41,040 bases of DNA from an uncultured Verrucomicrobiae bacterium (GCA_963788655.1 CAWBHS010000069.1:1-41040); one strand, 5' to 3'; counted from the first letter of the stretch, positions 11,191 through 21,947 are shown. The notes: a model not told the origin generated them from the letters alone. Made by a program: numbers and translations.

Positions 11191-12483
11191 ATGCGCCACG
11201 CCCCAATTGACTCGAAGCTCTTTGTGACCAACCGTGACCGGCTCAGGATGCTGCTGCCGGAGAAATCGCTCGCCGTCGTCAACGCGAATGACGTTCTGCC
11301 CACCAACGCCGACGGGACGCTGGTCATGCAGCCCAATACCGATTTGTTTTACCTGACCGGCCTCGAGCAGGAGGAAAGCATTCTCGTGTTGGCGCCCGAC
11401 GCGTTCGATGAGAAGCAGCGGGAGATCCTCTTTTTGCGCGAACCCAACGAGCAGCTTAAAACCTGGGAAGGCCACAAGCTTTCCCGGGCCGAGGCCACGA
11501 AAATTTCCGGCATCAAACAGGTGAAATGGCTGTCCGAGTTCCGGGCGGAATTCCACAGGCTGATGTGCGAAATGGAGCAGGTCTGGCTCAATAGCAACGA
11601 GCACAAGCGGGCGGTGGTCGAAGTCGAAACCCGCGACGCCCGGTTCGTGCGCGAAGTGCAGGCACGCTATCCGCTGCACCAATACCGCCGGCTGGCGCGG
11701 TTGTTGCACCCGTTGCGCGTCGTCAAGTCGGAGGCGGAAGTAAAGCTCATCCGTCAGGCTTGTGCCATCACGCGGAAGTCGTTCCGGCGGGTTTTGAAGT
11801 TTGTCAAACCCGGCGTCAACGAATGCGAAGTCGAAGCCGAGTTCGCCCATGAATATGTCCGCAATCGGGCCCGATTCGCCTACAATCCCATCGTGGCCGC
11901 CGGCGCCAACGCCTGCGTGCTGCACTACCTGCAAAACGATCAGCCCTGTCGCAACGGCGACCTGCTGTTGCTCGACGTGGCGGCCGGTTATGCGAATTAC
12001 AACTCGGATCTCACGCGCACCATTCCCGTGAACGGACGGTTCACCCGCCGCCAGCGCCAGGTCTATAACGCCGTGCTGCGGGTGCTGCGGGCAATGATCA
12101 AGGCCACGGTTCCCGGCAAGCTGCACCGCGATTGGCAGAAGGAAGCCGAGGCGCTCATCCAAGAAGAACTGCTGCAACTCGGCCTGTTGAAGCCGCGCGA
12201 CGTCAAGAAGCAGGATCCCGACAAACCGGCGCTCAAGAAATATTTCATGCACGGTCTGGGACATCCGCTGGGTTTGGACGTTCACGATGTGGGCTTCTTG
12301 GAACAACCCTTTGCGCCGGGCTGGGTGCTGACGGTCGAGCCGGGCATTTATATTCCGGAGGAAGGATTGGGCGTGCGCTTGGAAAACGACGTGCTGATCA
12401 CGGAAAACGGTCCCGTGGACTTGATGGCGGACATCCCCATCGAAGCCGACGAAATCGAAGCGCTCATGAATCGCCGCCGTTGA
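11191..12483 (+). CDS. pepP: Xaa-Pro aminopeptidase (aminopeptidase P, M24B)
   Basis: DLFYLTGLEQE, NACVLHY, LLLDVAA..YNSDLTRTIP, FMHGLGHPLGLDVHD, LTVEPGIY and GVRLENDV motifs. Confidence 0.92.
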   Translation: MRHAPIDSKLFVTNRDRLRMLLPEKSLAVVNANDVLPTNADGTLVMQPNTDLFYLTGLEQEESILVLAPDAFDEKQREILFLREPNEQLKTWEGHKLSRAEATKISGIKQVKWLSEFRAEFHRLMCEMEQVWLNSNEHKRAVVEVETRDARFVREVQARYPLHQYRRLARLLHPLRVVKSEAEVKLIRQACAITRKSFRRVLKFVKPGVNECEVEAEFAHEYVRNRARFAYNPIVAAGANACVLHYLQNDQPCRNGDLLLLDVAAGYANYNSDLTRTIPVNGRFTRRQRQVYNAVLRVLRAMIKATVPGKLHRDWQKEAEALIQEELLQLGLLKPRDVKKQDPDKPALKKYFMHGLGHPLGLDVHDVGFLEQPFAPGWVLTVEPGIYIPEEGLGVRLENDVLITENGPVDLMADIPIEADEIEALMNRRR

Positions 12484-12496
12484 TCTTCATCGTCCT

Positions 12497-13426
12497 ATGA
12501 AACCGCACTGGCAAGATGTTTTCCCGGCGATCACCACGCAAATGCACCTGGACGGTTCGTTGGATCTCGACGCCACAGCTCGGCATGCGGACGCGCTCAT
12601 CGAATCCGGCGTGGCCGGACTTGTTTTTCTCGGTTCGCTCGGTGAGAACCAGGCGCTAGCGACCGAGGAGAAACACTTGGTCATGGAAGCGATGGTGAAG
12701 GCGGTGAATGGCCGGGTGTCGGTCCTGAGCGGTGTCGCCGAAACCAGCACCACCGCAGCTTGCCGTTACGTGCGTGAAGGAGAAAAACTTGGGCTCGACG
12801 GATTCATGGTCATGCCGCCCATGCTCTACAAAGGCGACCCGCGGGAAGCCATGGCGCATTTCCGGGCGGTGGCGAAAGCGACCGGGTTGCCAATCATGAT
12901 CTACAATAATCCGATCAGCTATGCCAACGATCTCACCTCGGATATGTTCGCGGAGTTGGCCGACCAGAAGAATTTTGTCGCGGTCAAGGAAAGCTCGGGC
13001 GACCCCCGGCGCATCACCGATCTGCGGAACGTCTGCGGCGATCGCTACGCCATTTTTACCGGTGTGGATGATTTGGCGTTGGAGGCTTCGATCCTGGGCT
13101 TGGACGGCTGGGTGGCGGGCGCGGGAATCGCGTTTCCGAAGGAGAACCAGTATTTTTGGGAACTGACCCGGCGCGGCGATTGGAAGCAGGCGCGCGAGTT
13201 TTACCGGTGGTTTACTCCGTTGTTGCATCTGGATGTTCATCCCAAGTTTGTCCAATACATCAAGCTGGCCGTCCAGGAATGCGGCTTGGGTGTGGAGTGG
13301 GTGCGCGCGCCGCGTTTGCCGTTGGTGGGCGCGGAACGGAAGGGCGTTTTGAAAATCATTCACCACGGGATGGCCCATCGGCCTAAACTGACCAAGGCGC
13401 GAGCTTCAAAGTCGGTGAACAACTGA
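12497..13426 (+). CDS. DHDPS/NAL-family lyase, probably delta1-pyrroline-4-hydroxy-2-carboxylate deaminase
   Basis: GSLGE (rather than DapA GTTGE), IMIYNNP and Schiff-base VAVKESSGD motifs; located in an operon with a hydroxyproline epimerase. Confidence 0.8.
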   Translation: MKPHWQDVFPAITTQMHLDGSLDLDATARHADALIESGVAGLVFLGSLGENQALATEEKHLVMEAMVKAVNGRVSVLSGVAETSTTAACRYVREGEKLGLDGFMVMPPMLYKGDPREAMAHFRAVAKATGLPIMIYNNPISYANDLTSDMFAELADQKNFVAVKESSGDPRRITDLRNVCGDRYAIFTGVDDLALEASILGLDGWVAGAGIAFPKENQYFWELTRRGDWKQAREFYRWFTPLLHLDVHPKFVQYIKLAVQECGLGVEWVRAPRLPLVGAERKGVLKIIHHGMAHRPKLTKARASKSVNN

Positions 13427-13542
13427 ACGGGCGGCAAACCAGGTCTATGAATTACGAACGGATCCAAGTAGCCCCGCATTGCCGAAACGAACGAAGTGAA
13501 ATTTGAGGTTCTTCGTGCTCATGAGTGCTTAAGAAGGAATTT

Positions 13543-14475
13543 ATGCGACGTATTCATGTCATCGATTCCCACACTGCCGGCGAGCCGACGCGCGTGGTGG
13601 TTGACGGGGGCCCGGATCTTGGGCGTGGCCCATTGAGTGACCGGTTGCTCCGATTTCGCGACCAGCACGACCGTTTCCGCTCCGCTATTGTCAATGAGCC
13701 CCGCGGTTCGGATGTGCTGGTCGGCGCGTTGCTGGTTGAACCGTCCAATTCATCCTGCGCGGCTGGCGTGATCTTCTTCAACAATGTGGGCTATCTGGGC
13801 ATGTGCGGCCATGGCACCATCGGGTTGGTGGTCACGCTGGCTCGCCTGGGCCGGATTGGGGCCGGGGAGCACCGCCTCGAAACGCCGGTGGGCATTGTCA
13901 AGGCGACCCTCCATCCTGACGGCACAGTGTCCGTCGAGAATGTTCCGAGCTTCCGCCGCGCCAAAGCAGTCGAAGTTGAATTGCCAGGCGTCGGGCGAAT
14001 TACCGGCGACGTGGCGTATGGGGGCAATTGGTTCTATTTGGCGGAGCACCATGGGCAGGAACTGGAGTTGTCGAATGTCGAACGGTTGACCGAATTTGCC
14101 TGGCGCCTTCGTCAAGCGGTCAACGCGCAGGGATTCCCCGAAGTGGACCACGTCGAACTGTTCGGGGCTCCGCGCCAATCGTCCGCTCATTCGCGCAACT
14201 TTGTGCTTTGTCCGGGCAAGGCCTACGACCGTTCGCCGTGTGGCACGGGCACCAGTGCCAAACTGGCTTGCCTGGCGGCCGACGGCAAATTGGCGGAAGG
14301 CGAACCGTGGGTTCAAGAAAGCATTCTGGGCAGCACCTTCGCCGGCCAGTTCCGTTGGGAAGACCGCGTTGAGGGGACGGTGGTGCCCACGATCACTGGC
14401 GCTGCTTTCGTGACCGGCGAAGCGACCTTATTGCTGGATGAGAACGATCCCTTCAGTTGGGGCATTCGGCATTGA
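13543..14475 (+). CDS. Proline racemase family, probable 4-hydroxyproline 2-epimerase
   Basis: IDSHTAGEPTR and EPRG motifs; both catalytic cysteines present (MCGHG and DRSPCGTGTSA). Confidence 0.88.
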   Translation: MRRIHVIDSHTAGEPTRVVVDGGPDLGRGPLSDRLLRFRDQHDRFRSAIVNEPRGSDVLVGALLVEPSNSSCAAGVIFFNNVGYLGMCGHGTIGLVVTLARLGRIGAGEHRLETPVGIVKATLHPDGTVSVENVPSFRRAKAVEVELPGVGRITGDVAYGGNWFYLAEHHGQELELSNVERLTEFAWRLRQAVNAQGFPEVDHVELFGAPRQSSAHSRNFVLCPGKAYDRSPCGTGTSAKLACLAADGKLAEGEPWVQESILGSTFAGQFRWEDRVEGTVVPTITGAAFVTGEATLLLDENDPFSWGIRH

Positions 14476-14493
14476 ACTCGGGGCTGCGCTTTC

Positions 14494-15747
14494 ATGGCCA
14501 AATCCATCCTCATCATCGGTGGCGGCGTGATCGGTTTGTGTACGGCGTATTACGCCGCCCGCAAAGGACATCGGGTGACGGTGCTCGAACGACATCGCGA
14601 ATCGCGGGACGGTTGCTCCTTCGGTAACGCCGGCATGGTGGTGCCCAGCCATTTCATTCCGCTGGCGGCGCCGGGCATGGTCCGAATGGGATTACGAATG
14701 ATGCGGCAACCGGAAGGCCCGTTCTATATCAAGCCACGGCTGGATTGGGGCTTGTTCCGCTGGGGCTGGAATTTTTGGCGAGCTTCGACGGCTGAACGCG
14801 TGCAACAAGCCGCGCCATTGCTGCGCGATTTGCACCTGGCCAGCCGGGCGGCTTATGTGGAACTGGCGGCCTTGCCGGGAATGGACTTCGGCCTGATGCA
14901 AAAGGGTTTGTTGATGCTCTGCCAAACGCAACACGCGCTGGACGAAGAAACCCGGACTGCGGAATTTGCGCGCCGTTTGGGATTGGAAGCCAAAGTGCTC
15001 GATCCGGAAGCAACCGCCGCGCTCGATCCGCAAGTGCGAATGGACATCCGGGGAAGTGTCTATTACCCCCAGGATTGCTACCTGTCGCCCGAGCGGTTAA
15101 TGGCTGGATTGAAGCGCCAGCTTGACCAATTGGGCGTTACGTTCGCTTGGGAAACAGCGGTCACCAGATGGCGAACCTTGGGCAACCGGGTCGAAGCAGT
15201 TCAGACCGATCAGGGCGACTTCAGCGCGGATGAATACGTGCTTTGTGGTGGCGTCTGGTCTTCCGCAATAGCGCAGCAATTGTCACTTCATCTTCCGATG
15301 CAGGCGGGCAAAGGTTACAGTCTGACGTTGCCATGCCCGCGTCAGCTTCCGCAGATTTGCGCGATCCTCGTGGAAGCGCGCGTGGCGGTGACCCCGATGG
15401 GCCAAGCACTGCGATTTGGGGGTACGATGGAACTCGCCGGATTGGACGAATCGATCAATGCGCGCCGGGTGCAAGGAATCATCAAGTCCGTCACGCAATA
15501 CTACCCCGACTTCCGGCTTGAGGATTTTAAGAATGTTCCACCGTGGAGCGGCTTACGTCCCTGTTCCCCGGATGGCCTGCCTTACCTTGGACGATGTTCC
15601 CGCTATGCTAATCTCTCCGTGGCGACCGGGCACGCAATGATGGGCATCAGCTTGGGACCGATTACCGGGAAGTTGCTGGCTGATCTCCTGTCTGGTGAAC
15701 CACCAGCCATGGACCTGCGTCTGCTCAGCCCGGAGCGATACGCATAG
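14494..15747 (+). CDS. FAD-dependent D-amino acid dehydrogenase family, probable D-hydroxyproline dehydrogenase
   Basis: IIGGGVIGLC Rossmann motif, SFGNAG, GKGYS, WSGLRPCSPDGLP and ATGHAMMG; operon context. Confidence 0.82.
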   Translation: MAKSILIIGGGVIGLCTAYYAARKGHRVTVLERHRESRDGCSFGNAGMVVPSHFIPLAAPGMVRMGLRMMRQPEGPFYIKPRLDWGLFRWGWNFWRASTAERVQQAAPLLRDLHLASRAAYVELAALPGMDFGLMQKGLLMLCQTQHALDEETRTAEFARRLGLEAKVLDPEATAALDPQVRMDIRGSVYYPQDCYLSPERLMAGLKRQLDQLGVTFAWETAVTRWRTLGNRVEAVQTDQGDFSADEYVLCGGVWSSAIAQQLSLHLPMQAGKGYSLTLPCPRQLPQICAILVEARVAVTPMGQALRFGGTMELAGLDESINARRVQGIIKSVTQYYPDFRLEDFKNVPPWSGLRPCSPDGLPYLGRCSRYANLSVATGHAMMGISLGPITGKLLADLLSGEPPAMDLRLLSPERYA

Positions 15748-15760
15748 CACGGGTTGCCCC

Positions 15761-16367
15761 AACGTGCTGCCGGCATCTTGCCGGCAAATCGGAAGCAAGA
15801 GTGCGCCCCGGACCGGAACGGACCTTCGAGCGTGCCGTTTACGTTCATTTCTGCCAGCGGGACGCCGGCAGTACGTTGTCCCAGCGTGCTGCCGGCATCT
15901 TGCCGGCAGATCGGAAGCAAGAGTGCGCCCCGGACCGGAACGGACCTTCGAGCGTGCCGTTCACGTTCATTTCTGCCAGCGGGACGCCGGCAGTACGTTG
16001 TCCCAGCGTGCTGCCGGCATCTTGCCGGCAGATCGGAAGCAAGAATGCGCCCCGGACAGGAACGGACCTTCGAGTGTGCCGTTCACGTTCGATTCTGCCG
16101 GCGGGACGCCGACAGCACGTTGTCCCAGCGTGCTGCCGGCATCTTGCCGGCAGATCGGAAGCAAGAATGCGTTCCGGACCGAAACGGACCTTCGAGTGTG
16201 CCGTTCACGTTCGATTCTGCCGGCGGGACGCCGACAGCACGTTGTCCCAGCGTGTTGCCGGCATCTTGCCGGCAGATTTGGAACGGACCGATCGAACTTG
16301 AGCCCTCCAGAAATTACCACCCCACACGTGCTTCCGTTTCTGCCGGCGGGACGCCGGCAGCACGTTG
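15761..16367. repeat. Tandem array of five palindromic REPIN/BIME-like units with 122-bp period
   Basis: Units start at 15761, 15883, 16005, 16127 and 16249. Each has a left arm cgtgctgccggcatcttgccggca and an inverted right arm tctgcc(a/g)gcgggacgccg(g/a)cag(c/t)acgtt. Lies between convergent genes. Confidence 0.92.
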
Positions 16368-16375
16368 TTCGACGG

Positions 16376-16753
16376 TCAGCTTTCCAGCACGGCCACGGCG
16401 GCGGCGTAGCTCTCCGTGTGGCTCAGGCTGAGATGCACCATGCGGCCGCCACGTTTTTGCAGGAGCACTTGCCCGCCGTCGTGCAGGATGACGAAGGGTT
16501 CGCCGCTTTGGTGGCGCGACACCTCCATGTCCTGCCAACCGAGTTGTTCGCCAATCCCGGTGCCAAACGCCTTGGAGATGGCTTCCTTGGCAGCGAAGCG
16601 GGCCGCCAGGAACGGGGCGGGGCGTCGGTGGCGGAGAGAATACGCAATTTCGTCCGGACGGAGGATGCGCTTCAAAAAGCGGTCACCGAATTTCTCGTGG
16701 GCCTGCTGAATCCGCGCGACCTCGATGATATCAATGCCGGTTCCCAGAATCAT
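16376..16753 (-). CDS. acpS: Holo-[acyl-carrier-protein] synthase
   Basis: MILGTGIDIIEVARI, LAARFAAKEAISKAFGTG and HLSLSHTESYAAA motifs. Confidence 0.95.
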   Translation of the reverse strand: MILGTGIDIIEVARIQQAHEKFGDRFLKRILRPDEIAYSLRHRRPAPFLAARFAAKEAISKAFGTGIGEQLGWQDMEVSRHQSGEPFVILHDGGQVLLQKRGGRMVHLSLSHTESYAAAVAVLES

Positions 16754-16800
16754 GGCGAGGTGGGCTGAGGTCGGGCCATTGAACGCACATCGGTTTAGGG

Positions 16801-17538
16801 CTAACCGTGATAATCTTTCAACAGCCGGAGCATCTCCTTGACCGCTGGTTTGAGGCCAACGAAGACCGCTCGGCTGACGATGCTGTGGCCGATGTTCAGT
16901 TCCACCAGATGGGGCACCTCGAACAGCACGGGCACATTTTCATAATTCAATCCGTGGCCGGCGTTCACGCGGAGTCCTAATTCATGAGCCTGTTCGGCGG
17001 CCTGGAGCAACCGTCGCAGTTCCCGCCGCCTTTCCGTTCGACGCGGGAACGCTTCGGCAAACGCCCCGGTGTGCAACTCAATGAACTGTGCCCCGATTTT
17101 CGCCGCCGCTTCCACTTGGCGCGAGTCCGGCGCAATGAACAGGCTCACGTCGATCCCGGCCTCGTTCAAACGCCCGCAGGTCACGGCCAAGGACCGCCAT
17201 TTCCGGGCGGCATCCAAACCGCCTTCGGTGGTGACTTCGAGGCGCCGTTCCGGAACGATGCAAACGATGTCGGGTTTGAGTTGGAGGGCAATGGCCACGA
17301 TTTCCGGGTGGTTGGCCATTTCCAGGTTCAGCCGGGTCCGGATGGTTTTGCGCAAGGCCCAGACATCGCGGTCCTGGATGTGCCGACGATCCTCGCGCAA
17401 ATGGGCGGTGATGCCGTGGGCGCCGGCAGTTTCGCAAAGACGCGCGGCAGCGACCGGATCAGGTTCGCCGGTGGTGCGGCCGCGGTAGCGAGCTTCCCGC
17501 ACTGTGGCCACGTGGTCGATGTTGATGCCGAGCTTCAC
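16801..17538 (-). CDS. pdxJ: Pyridoxine 5'-phosphate synthase
   Basis: GTG start overlaps the upstream stop (GTGA). [53 protein letters not shown] and ELNIGHSI motifs. Confidence 0.95.
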   Translation of the reverse strand: MKLGINIDHVATVREARYRGRTTGEPDPVAAARLCETAGAHGITAHLREDRRHIQDRDVWALRKTIRTRLNLEMANHPEIVAIALQLKPDIVCIVPERRLEVTTEGGLDAARKWRSLAVTCGRLNEAGIDVSLFIAPDSRQVEAAAKIGAQFIELHTGAFAEAFPRRTERRRELRRLLQAAEQAHELGLRVNAGHGLNYENVPVLFEVPHLVELNIGHSIVSRAVFVGLKPAVKEMLRLLKDYHG

Positions 17539-19187
17539 CGTTTCCGTGCTTTGGGCGCTCTGGGCGCAGTGCGAGGAAAGGTTCGGGGGGCCGATTTTTT
17601 GGGCGCGGTTACGCGGTTGGTCAGCGACGTCAATGGCGGAGGCAATTCGAACTTCACCGGAAAACCCGGCGAGTTGAGCCATTGGGCGAGGGTGGCAATT
17701 TCAAAGGCTGTCAATCCCAGTTTGGATTTGCGGACCAACGAGGCTTCTTGATCGCCGGTCCGGGTGATTTCGGTTACGGTGTTTCCCAGCAATGGGGCCG
17801 CTGCCATGATCCACCGGAATGAAGTCGCATTGGTCGATTGGATCATGCGTCTCTTCGCGATGTCGATCAGTTGCCACATCCGATTCATTTGCGGCAGCCG
17901 TTCGGAAGTCAGTTCCCAATCGTAGTACATGAGATCTTTGCGTCCGAAGATTTGCGCGAACAATGCGGGCGGTACCGGTTTGATCTTGGGCGGGATGGGA
18001 AAAAAGCAGCCCAACAGGTAGTCTTGGTTCGCTTCGCGCAAGGGCGACAGGCTCGGCACTACAAAGGGAGCAGCCTGCCACGCGAGGGCGTTGCGGTTGC
18101 TGATCCAAAAGAACTTTCCCACCGCAATGGCCGGGTGATTCATTGCGAACGGCGGCAACGTGCGGGCCAGCTTCTCCATGGTGTTCGTGGCGTTGGCTAC
18201 CGGGATGGTGGCGCACGTTTGCACGTGCGGATTACTTTGCCCCCAAAGACAAATCTGGTTGGGCAGTGGATCCAGCCCCAGCGTATCAATGCCTTTGACA
18301 CGCTTCAGCAACGGCGCCAATCCCTGGGCCACCGTAAAGCTGATGAGCGGTTCACCAATGACGTTGGTGGGAATAAGCCAACGCTCCGGCTTCCCCGCGA
18401 ACTTTGCCGGATAGTGCAATTGCGCCGTCATCCGCAGGTTGCCATCGCGGCCGGTGACTTCTCCATCGGCGGCGGGCACGTCCAGCATCGCCAGCGCCGG
18501 GCAGCGGCTGCGGAGCGCCGGAAAATCGATCCGCACTTCCAGCCAGTTATCTTTCAACGCTGACGCGGGTTGTCCGGACCTAACAACCTCTGCCACCCAG
18601 GCCGGAAGCAACGTTAGCCGCTCATGGGCCAGTCCCAGCACTACCCAGTTCCGTACCCGCACAATCTGGAATATCGCAGCCGTAGTCGCGTTCTTCGCTT
18701 CCCAGCCGGATGCATCGCTGACCTTGATCACGCTGGGCGCGGAGAGCTTCCAACTGCGAACGATCCTGGCCAGATTGGTGTTCCACAGACCAGCGCGGGC
18801 GTCGTCGAGTTGAAGGGCCAACGCGGCTTCCAGATGGCCGTCCGCCAGGCGCACTTCGCACACCGATTCGGCCGACAGAAAGTCGTCCAGCAACGGCCGC
18901 CACAACGCCGGTTGGTCTTGCGCGCCCGCGGGCAACTGCGCGTGCCAGGCGGTGAACGGAGCCTGCGCCACTTTGCCGAGTACTTCTGTTCGCAGGGCCG
19001 CTGTCTCGGGAAGCGCAGCCACTTGCTTCAACGTGGTGGCATTGGGATCCTGCAAGATGTGAGTTGTGCCGGCGTAATGATGCCAGTACAGCGCGTCCGC
19101 ATGTGGTGATTCGGCGTAGCCGGAAACACAAACCAGTGCCAGGACCAAAGCCGCCATTAATTGTGTGCCAACAACGAGTGGTTTCAT
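17535..19187 (-). CDS. Hypothetical exported protein (~550 aa)
   Basis: Long ORF with probable start [25 protein letters not shown] (signal-peptide-like) and basic C-terminal tail. Stop overlaps the pdxJ start. No family recognised. Confidence 0.7.
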   Translation of the reverse strand: MKPLVVGTQLMAALVLALVCVSGYAESPHADALYWHHYAGTTHILQDPNATTLKQVAALPETAALRTEVLGKVAQAPFTAWHAQLPAGAQDQPALWRPLLDDFLSAESVCEVRLADGHLEAALALQLDDARAGLWNTNLARIVRSWKLSAPSVIKVSDASGWEAKNATTAAIFQIVRVRNWVVLGLAHERLTLLPAWVAEVVRSGQPASALKDNWLEVRIDFPALRSRCPALAMLDVPAADGEVTGRDGNLRMTAQLHYPAKFAGKPERWLIPTNVIGEPLISFTVAQGLAPLLKRVKGIDTLGLDPLPNQICLWGQSNPHVQTCATIPVANATNTMEKLARTLPPFAMNHPAIAVGKFFWISNRNALAWQAAPFVVPSLSPLREANQDYLLGCFFPIPPKIKPVPPALFAQIFGRKDLMYYDWELTSERLPQMNRMWQLIDIAKRRMIQSTNATSFRWIMAAAPLLGNTVTEITRTGDQEASLVRKSKLGLTAFEIATLAQWLNSPGFPVKFELPPPLTSLTNRVTAPKKSAPRTFPRTAPRAPKARKR

Positions 19188-19684
19188 CGTGCCGGAGTTA
19201 GATGCCAGACAAAGCATTATTTGGCAAATGCAATAACGGTCATGGTCCGGGGAGCTGGCGCGCGGTCCGCACCAACGTTGAAGAATCGAACCTGATTGAC
19301 GCCGAGAAATCCCCTTTACCTCCTGCCCCGCGCGCCGACGGTGGTTCAGGGGTTCCTCCGTCTGGGCGGTGAGGGTTTTACAAGAAAAGGCAAAACACCG
19401 GCAAAACGCGGTGGGGTCCACCTCGGGTTCGGTGACTGAGGTGGGCGCTGCCTCATTACATCGGCGGCTACCGCGCGCTCGAAAGACCCAAGCTAAGCCG
19501 TTTTCCTAATCCGCGGTAGCATTGGGATCGGATAGCTCGACGCGAGATTCTGTGGCAAGTTCAATCGGCTTCGTGACGAATCTGTAATGCGGCAGAAATC
19601 ATTACGTAACGAGCTGGCAGTATTTTGCGGCGCTTGCTTGGCAATGTGGATAACGTGGTAAACAATGCTTTCGACACTCAGAAT

Positions 19685-21890
19685 ATGAAAATGACGAGAC
19701 GGTTTCTGATTCCGGTTTCGCTGGTGGGCGTGGTGGCGGCGCTGGTGGCGGCCAATTGGGCCATGCGGGCGGACCTGGCTTCCACCTCCAATTCCACGGA
19801 AGGCAACATCGCCAAGTTGACGGCGGGCTTGTTGGAGCATTCCCAGTTTGCGCACCATCCCCTCGATGCGGAGTTGGCCGGCAAATTCCTGGACCGTTAT
19901 CTCGACGCCCTGGACGGCATGCATTTGCTATTTCTCCAGTCTGACCTCGAAGCCTTTGCGCCGTACCGGGCGCGGTTGGCTAAACTGACGCGGGAAGAAG
20001 GCGATGTCAGTCCGGCGCACGTGATTTTTCAGCGCTATCTCGAACGTCTCGGGCAGCAAGTGGCTTATGCGACCAACCTGTTGCACACGGCGAAATTCGA
20101 TTTTACCGGCAATGACTCGGTGGTCATTGACCGGGAAAAGGTTCCCCGCCCGAGCGACCTGGCCACGGCCCGAAAAATCTGGCGCGGACGCGTGCGTAAT
20201 GAATATCTCCAGGAGCAACTCAGCGGGAAATCCCGGGACGAGATCGTGCAGACCCTGACGCGGCGCTATACCCGCCTGCTCCAGATGATGAAGAAGTTTT
20301 CCAAGGATGAGGTGCTGGAGGTATATCTCGACGCCCTGGCCCATGTCTATGACCCCCACTCGAATTATTTCAACCACGAGCAGTTGGACAGTTTTTCCAT
20401 TTCCATGAACCTGTCGCTGTCTGGAATTGGCGCCACACTGCAATCCAAGGACGGCTATTGCACCATCCTTTCGCTGGTCCCGGGTGGTCCGGCGGCCAAG
20501 AGCGGCAAGCTCCATCCCAACGACCGGATCGTGGCCGTCGCCCAACCCGATCAAGCGGCTGTGGATATCGTGGACATGCCGCTGCCACAAGTGGTGGAAT
20601 TGATTCGCGGCCCCAAAGGAACGTCGGTGAAATTGACGCTTATTCCCGCCGACGCAGCCGATGATTCGGTGCGCAAGAACATTACCCTGGTGCGCGACGA
20701 AGTCAGCCTCGAAGAACAACGCGCCAAAGCCCGGGTGCTGGACCTACCCGACGGCAAGGATCAAACCGTGCGCATCGGGGTAATCGATCTCCCCTCATTC
20801 TACGGAGAATTCACTGGCAAACGCAGCAGCGAGAGCGCCAGTGCCACGAAAGATGTCAGCACCTTGCTCCGCAAACTGAAGGAACTGAACGTGAAAGGCA
20901 TGGTCCTCGACTTGCGGCGCAATGGCGGAGGTTCCCTGGAGGAAGCCATCAGCCTCACCGGCCTGTTTATTCGCCAGGGTCCGGTCGTGCAGACTCGGGA
21001 TCCGTCGGGCCACGTGGACGTGGATGACGACCCGGATGCCGCGGCTCAGTACCGACGGGCCACTGGTGGTGCTGACCAGTCGGCTTACTGCTTCCGCCTC
21101 GGAGATTCTGGCCGGCGCGTTGCAGGATTACGGACGGGCACTCATTGTCGGGGATTCCTCGACGTTTGGCAAAGGCACCGTGCAATCGGTAATCCAACTG
21201 GCACCGCTGATGCGCCGCTATGGCATCAAGTATGACTATGATCCTGGCGCCCTGTCGGTGACCATCCGCAAGTTCTACCGTCCTGGAGGCGCCTCCACGC
21301 AGCGCAAGGGTGTCGTTCCGGGAATTGTGCTCCCGTCGCTAACGGACAATCCTGAATTCGGCGAAGGAGCAATGAAGAATCCACTGCCATGGGACAGCGT
21401 GCCGCCCGCCAAGTTTTCCGAGGTGGACCGCGTGCAGCCGTATCTCGAGACGTTGCAATCGAAATCAGCCGCACGGGTGCAGGGCAATTCCGGATTCGCG
21501 GCCCTGGAAAAAGCAATCGCGCTGATTAAGAAGCGGGAAGCCGAGACGACCGTCTCGCTCAACGAAGCCACGCGGAAGGCGGAAAAGAAGAAGACGCAGG
21601 CAGATGAAGACCAGTGGGACAAGCAAATGGCAAAGCAACTCGAAGGCGCGCCCACCGAATACGAGATCACCGTAAAAAACGCCGATCAACCCGGTTTGCC
21701 GACCCCAGTGGACAAATCGGCGAAGCATGACCAAACGACCTCCAAGGACGAAAGCGATTCCGCCGACACCAGCAACACGGCGACATTGGCCGGGGATTTG
21801 ATCCTCCAGGAAACGCAACGCATCCTGGTCGATTACCTTCATCTGCTAACGAAGGGATCCCCGCCAACCACGATCACGGTGGCTCGATAA
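19685..21890 (+). CDS. prc: Carboxy-terminal processing (tail-specific) protease, S41A; one apparent +1 frameshift at ~21052
   Basis: YDPHSNYF, LSGIGATL, PDZ (GGPAAKSG..NDRIVAV, IRGPKGT) and LDLRRNGGGSLEEA. After the shift: DGPLVVL, catalytic TASASEI and TFGKGTVQ, STQRKGV. Confidence 0.9.
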
Positions 21891-21947
21891 GTAGATATCC
21901 GTATTGCCACAGTAATCCGTGCGACGCTTCAATGCGGTTCGCGAACC

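Noticed and set aside
12497..13426. dapA (lysine biosynthesis)
   Set aside because: It has GSLGE rather than GTTGE, and the hydroxyproline operon context favours the deaminase subfamily.
15761..16367. CRISPR array
   Set aside because: The interiors of units 1-4 are near-identical rather than unique spacers, the period is 122 bp, and there are no cas genes or leader.
15757..16370. Array of empty attC cassettes (unit 1 is bounded by CCCCAAC...GTTGTCC)
   Set aside because: Units 2-5 have CCAGC instead of AAC, GTTGTCC does not fit GTTRRRY, no L-box with extrahelical bases is evident, and the array is 24 kb away on the wrong side of intI. It is still worth passing through IntegronFinder.
15695..16768. 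Repeat-protein ORFs (357, 225 and 166 aa) across the array
   Set aside because: These are translations of a GC-rich palindromic repeat open in several frames; the period is not a multiple of 3 and they overlap real genes.
19307..19379. 6S or SRP RNA assignment
   Set aside because: No SRP GGAA-loop motif and insufficient resemblance to 6S; kept only as an unassigned candidate.
21045..21060. Programmed frameshift or pseudogene in prc (likewise OMF at ~29062 and sulfatase at ~37820)
   Set aside because: Each is one extra base in a short run, with no slippery heptamer and intact sequence on both sides. This pattern is most consistent with long-read indel error.
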